Below, piece after piece: positions 56,171 through 57,405 of a DNA stretch of 57,405 nucleotides. Each line of letters opens with the position of its first letter. The stretch's first letter is position 1. This DNA is from Candidatus Hermodarchaeota archaeon (GTDB lineage Archaea; Asgardarchaeota; Hermodarchaeia; Hermodarchaeales; Hermodarchaeaceae): assembly GCA_016839365.1 (NCBI GenBank), contig JAEOUH010000010.1, positions 1-57,405 on the forward strand, in the 5' to 3' direction. Position numbers and translations under genes: made by a program. Below the pieces are notes generated by a model that searched no databases, was not told the DNA's origin, and worked only from the letters and a program-made list of their open reading frames with translations.

Positions 56171-56827
56171 TTAGACCAAGGTGAAGGACTGACCTGGAGT
56201 TAAGGACACGGGGATGACACTCGAATTCTGTTCTGCTAGTAAAGCCAAGAACTGATGAATTTGTGTTTCTGATCCACTTATGGGGAAAGCGTACCGAGGA
56301 TGGATAGCAGAGGTTGCCTTTACCGCTTCCTCGGGAGAAAGGGTTCCATGTTTTTTACCAGCAACGGGGACGCATAATAGGTCGGGTTTCAAACCCTCCA
56401 GCGCCCCTACACCCTTAGGATGTCCCATATGCAACACTGATCCCTGTTTACTCTTGACTAAATATGCTGTATTTTGAGGGGCTAGGAATCCTCCCCGTGG
56501 TGCGTTGTATCCTATGATTAGGATGTTTGCCCCGATTTCTAGCGGTGAGTTCATTGTTATTTCCGTGAAAGCATACCCAAAGATGCCTGCTTTTCGTGCG
56601 TGGTCGCACACGCTACTGTTTCCGATGAGTATGCTTCCCTTTTGGTTGGCAAACTCGACCGCATTCCCAAAGTGCTCATCGGGTTCGTGTGTAACAACGA
56701 CATATGATGTTTTGACCTTGTTAACTGCAACTAAGGGAGTGGTACCAATGATGCCAGGATCAAAGAGTAAGTGTTTTTCGAATTGTACTAGGATAGCTGC
56801 GTACCCGAAATAGGTAAATGAAAACAT
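56171..56827 (-). CDS. MBL-fold protein (UPF0173-like) with degenerate metal site
   Basis: YFGYAA, LLFDP, THEPDEHF (cf. THxHxDH), LHMG, P.YAFP. Confidence 0.7.
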   Translation of the reverse strand: MFSFTYFGYAAILVQFEKHLLFDPGIIGTTPLVAVNKVKTSYVVVTHEPDEHFGNAVEFANQKGSILIGNSSVCDHARKAGIFGYAFTEITMNSPLEIGANILIIGYNAPRGGFLAPQNTAYLVKSKQGSVLHMGHPKGVGALEGLKPDLLCVPVAGKKHGTLSPEEAVKATSAIHPRYAFPISGSETQIHQFLALLAEQNSSVIPVSLTPGQSFTLV

Positions 56828-56872
56828 ATCACATCAGACCTTCTAGAACCTTTTCTAAGACCAGATTGATTA

Positions 56873-57405
56873 TTACTTCTGTTTGAGAGGAGTGTACGAG
56901 GTTTTACTGTGACGAAGCCGGGTTGCTGGAACAGGTTTCCCTGATAGGATTCGATTCAGGGTTCCAGGCCTACGGATATCGGTAATAATGACCTCGCAGC
57001 CCTTTGGAAGGCCTTTGAAAATCTCTGTGAGTTTGCCTCGCATGCCTTCGGTAACATCGGCTGCGTTCTGGGCAGCGCCCACAGCAATTTGATCGAAGAC
57101 GTGATTAAGGGTTTCAGGTGTGATGAGATCAATTCGGCGCGCCTTGGGATCTACCTTTGGATCCGCGGTGTATAACCCATCGACATCAGTAGCAAAAATG
57201 ACCGTTTGCGAATCCAATAAACGAGCTAAATACATGGAGATTTGATCGCCACTAATGATGGTGAATCCTTTTACTGTATCGGCAGCAACATCCCCCGCGA
57301 GGATCGGAATGAACCCCTGCCGTAAGAATTCTTGCATGGACTGAAGATCCATATGAGAAATGCGTCCTTCAAGTGTGACAATGATGGAAGAGGAGCGAAT
57401 AGGAA
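56873..57405 (-). CDS. ipk: Isopentenyl phosphate kinase (amino-acid-kinase fold), 5' truncated by window edge
   Basis: PILAGDV, ISGDQI, TDVDGLY..DPK, DVTEGMRGKL; frame stays open to the window end. Confidence 0.85.
   Translation of the reverse strand, partial: PIRSSSIIVTLEGRISHMDLQSMQEFLRQGFIPILAGDVAADTVKGFTIISGDQISMYLARLLDSQTVIFATDVDGLYTADPKVDPKARRIDLITPETLNHVFDQIAVGAAQNAADVTEGMRGKLTEIFKGLPKGCEVIITDIRRPGTLNRILSGKPVPATRLRHSKTSYTPLKQK

Noticed and set aside
1-57405. CRISPR arrays, IS elements, integrases, proviral genes, rRNA/tRNA
   Set aside because: No spaced direct repeats, terminal inverted repeats, transposase/integrase motifs or cloverleaf signatures were seen by eye; tRNAscan-SE and Infernal runs would be needed for certainty.

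Overview
A gene-dense chromosomal segment (~50 CDS) of an archaeon, most likely an Asgard archaeon. This is an inference from three small-GTPase modules (longin-Arf-like fusion, Rab-like, MglA plus tandem roadblock), a stand-alone WD40 protein, a V4R protein, geranylgeranyl reductase, isopentenyl phosphate kinase, MtrH and HdrABC-MvhD. I found no CRISPR array, rRNA, tRNA, integrase or transposase. Most genes are housekeeping or metabolic: hydantoinase/oxoprolinase A/B, 3-hydroxyacyl-CoA dehydrogenase, three MFS transporters, EndoIV, Hrq1/MrfA-type helicase, MutY-like glycosylase, SufS/SufT/MoeB, FGGY kinase, M14 peptidase, class III aminotransferase and a nitrilase. The most interesting signals are: (1) a ~215-nt, GC-enriched, extensively base-paired intergenic element at 43201-43415, with a TATA box upstream and a U-tract downstream, which looks like an unannotated non-coding RNA I cannot assign to a family; (2) a ~1620-aa tail-anchored protein combining an alpha-SNAP-like helical solenoid, a beta-rich middle and two tandem copies of an NPP1/Vps62-like HEDWE domain; (3) a decaying small-protein/longin gene pair directly upstream of an intact Rab-like GTPase; (4) a single-chain double-roadblock partner of an MglA GTPase; (5) several small proteins ending in sliding-clamp-binding motifs. 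All assignments come from motifs read by eye; no searches were run.
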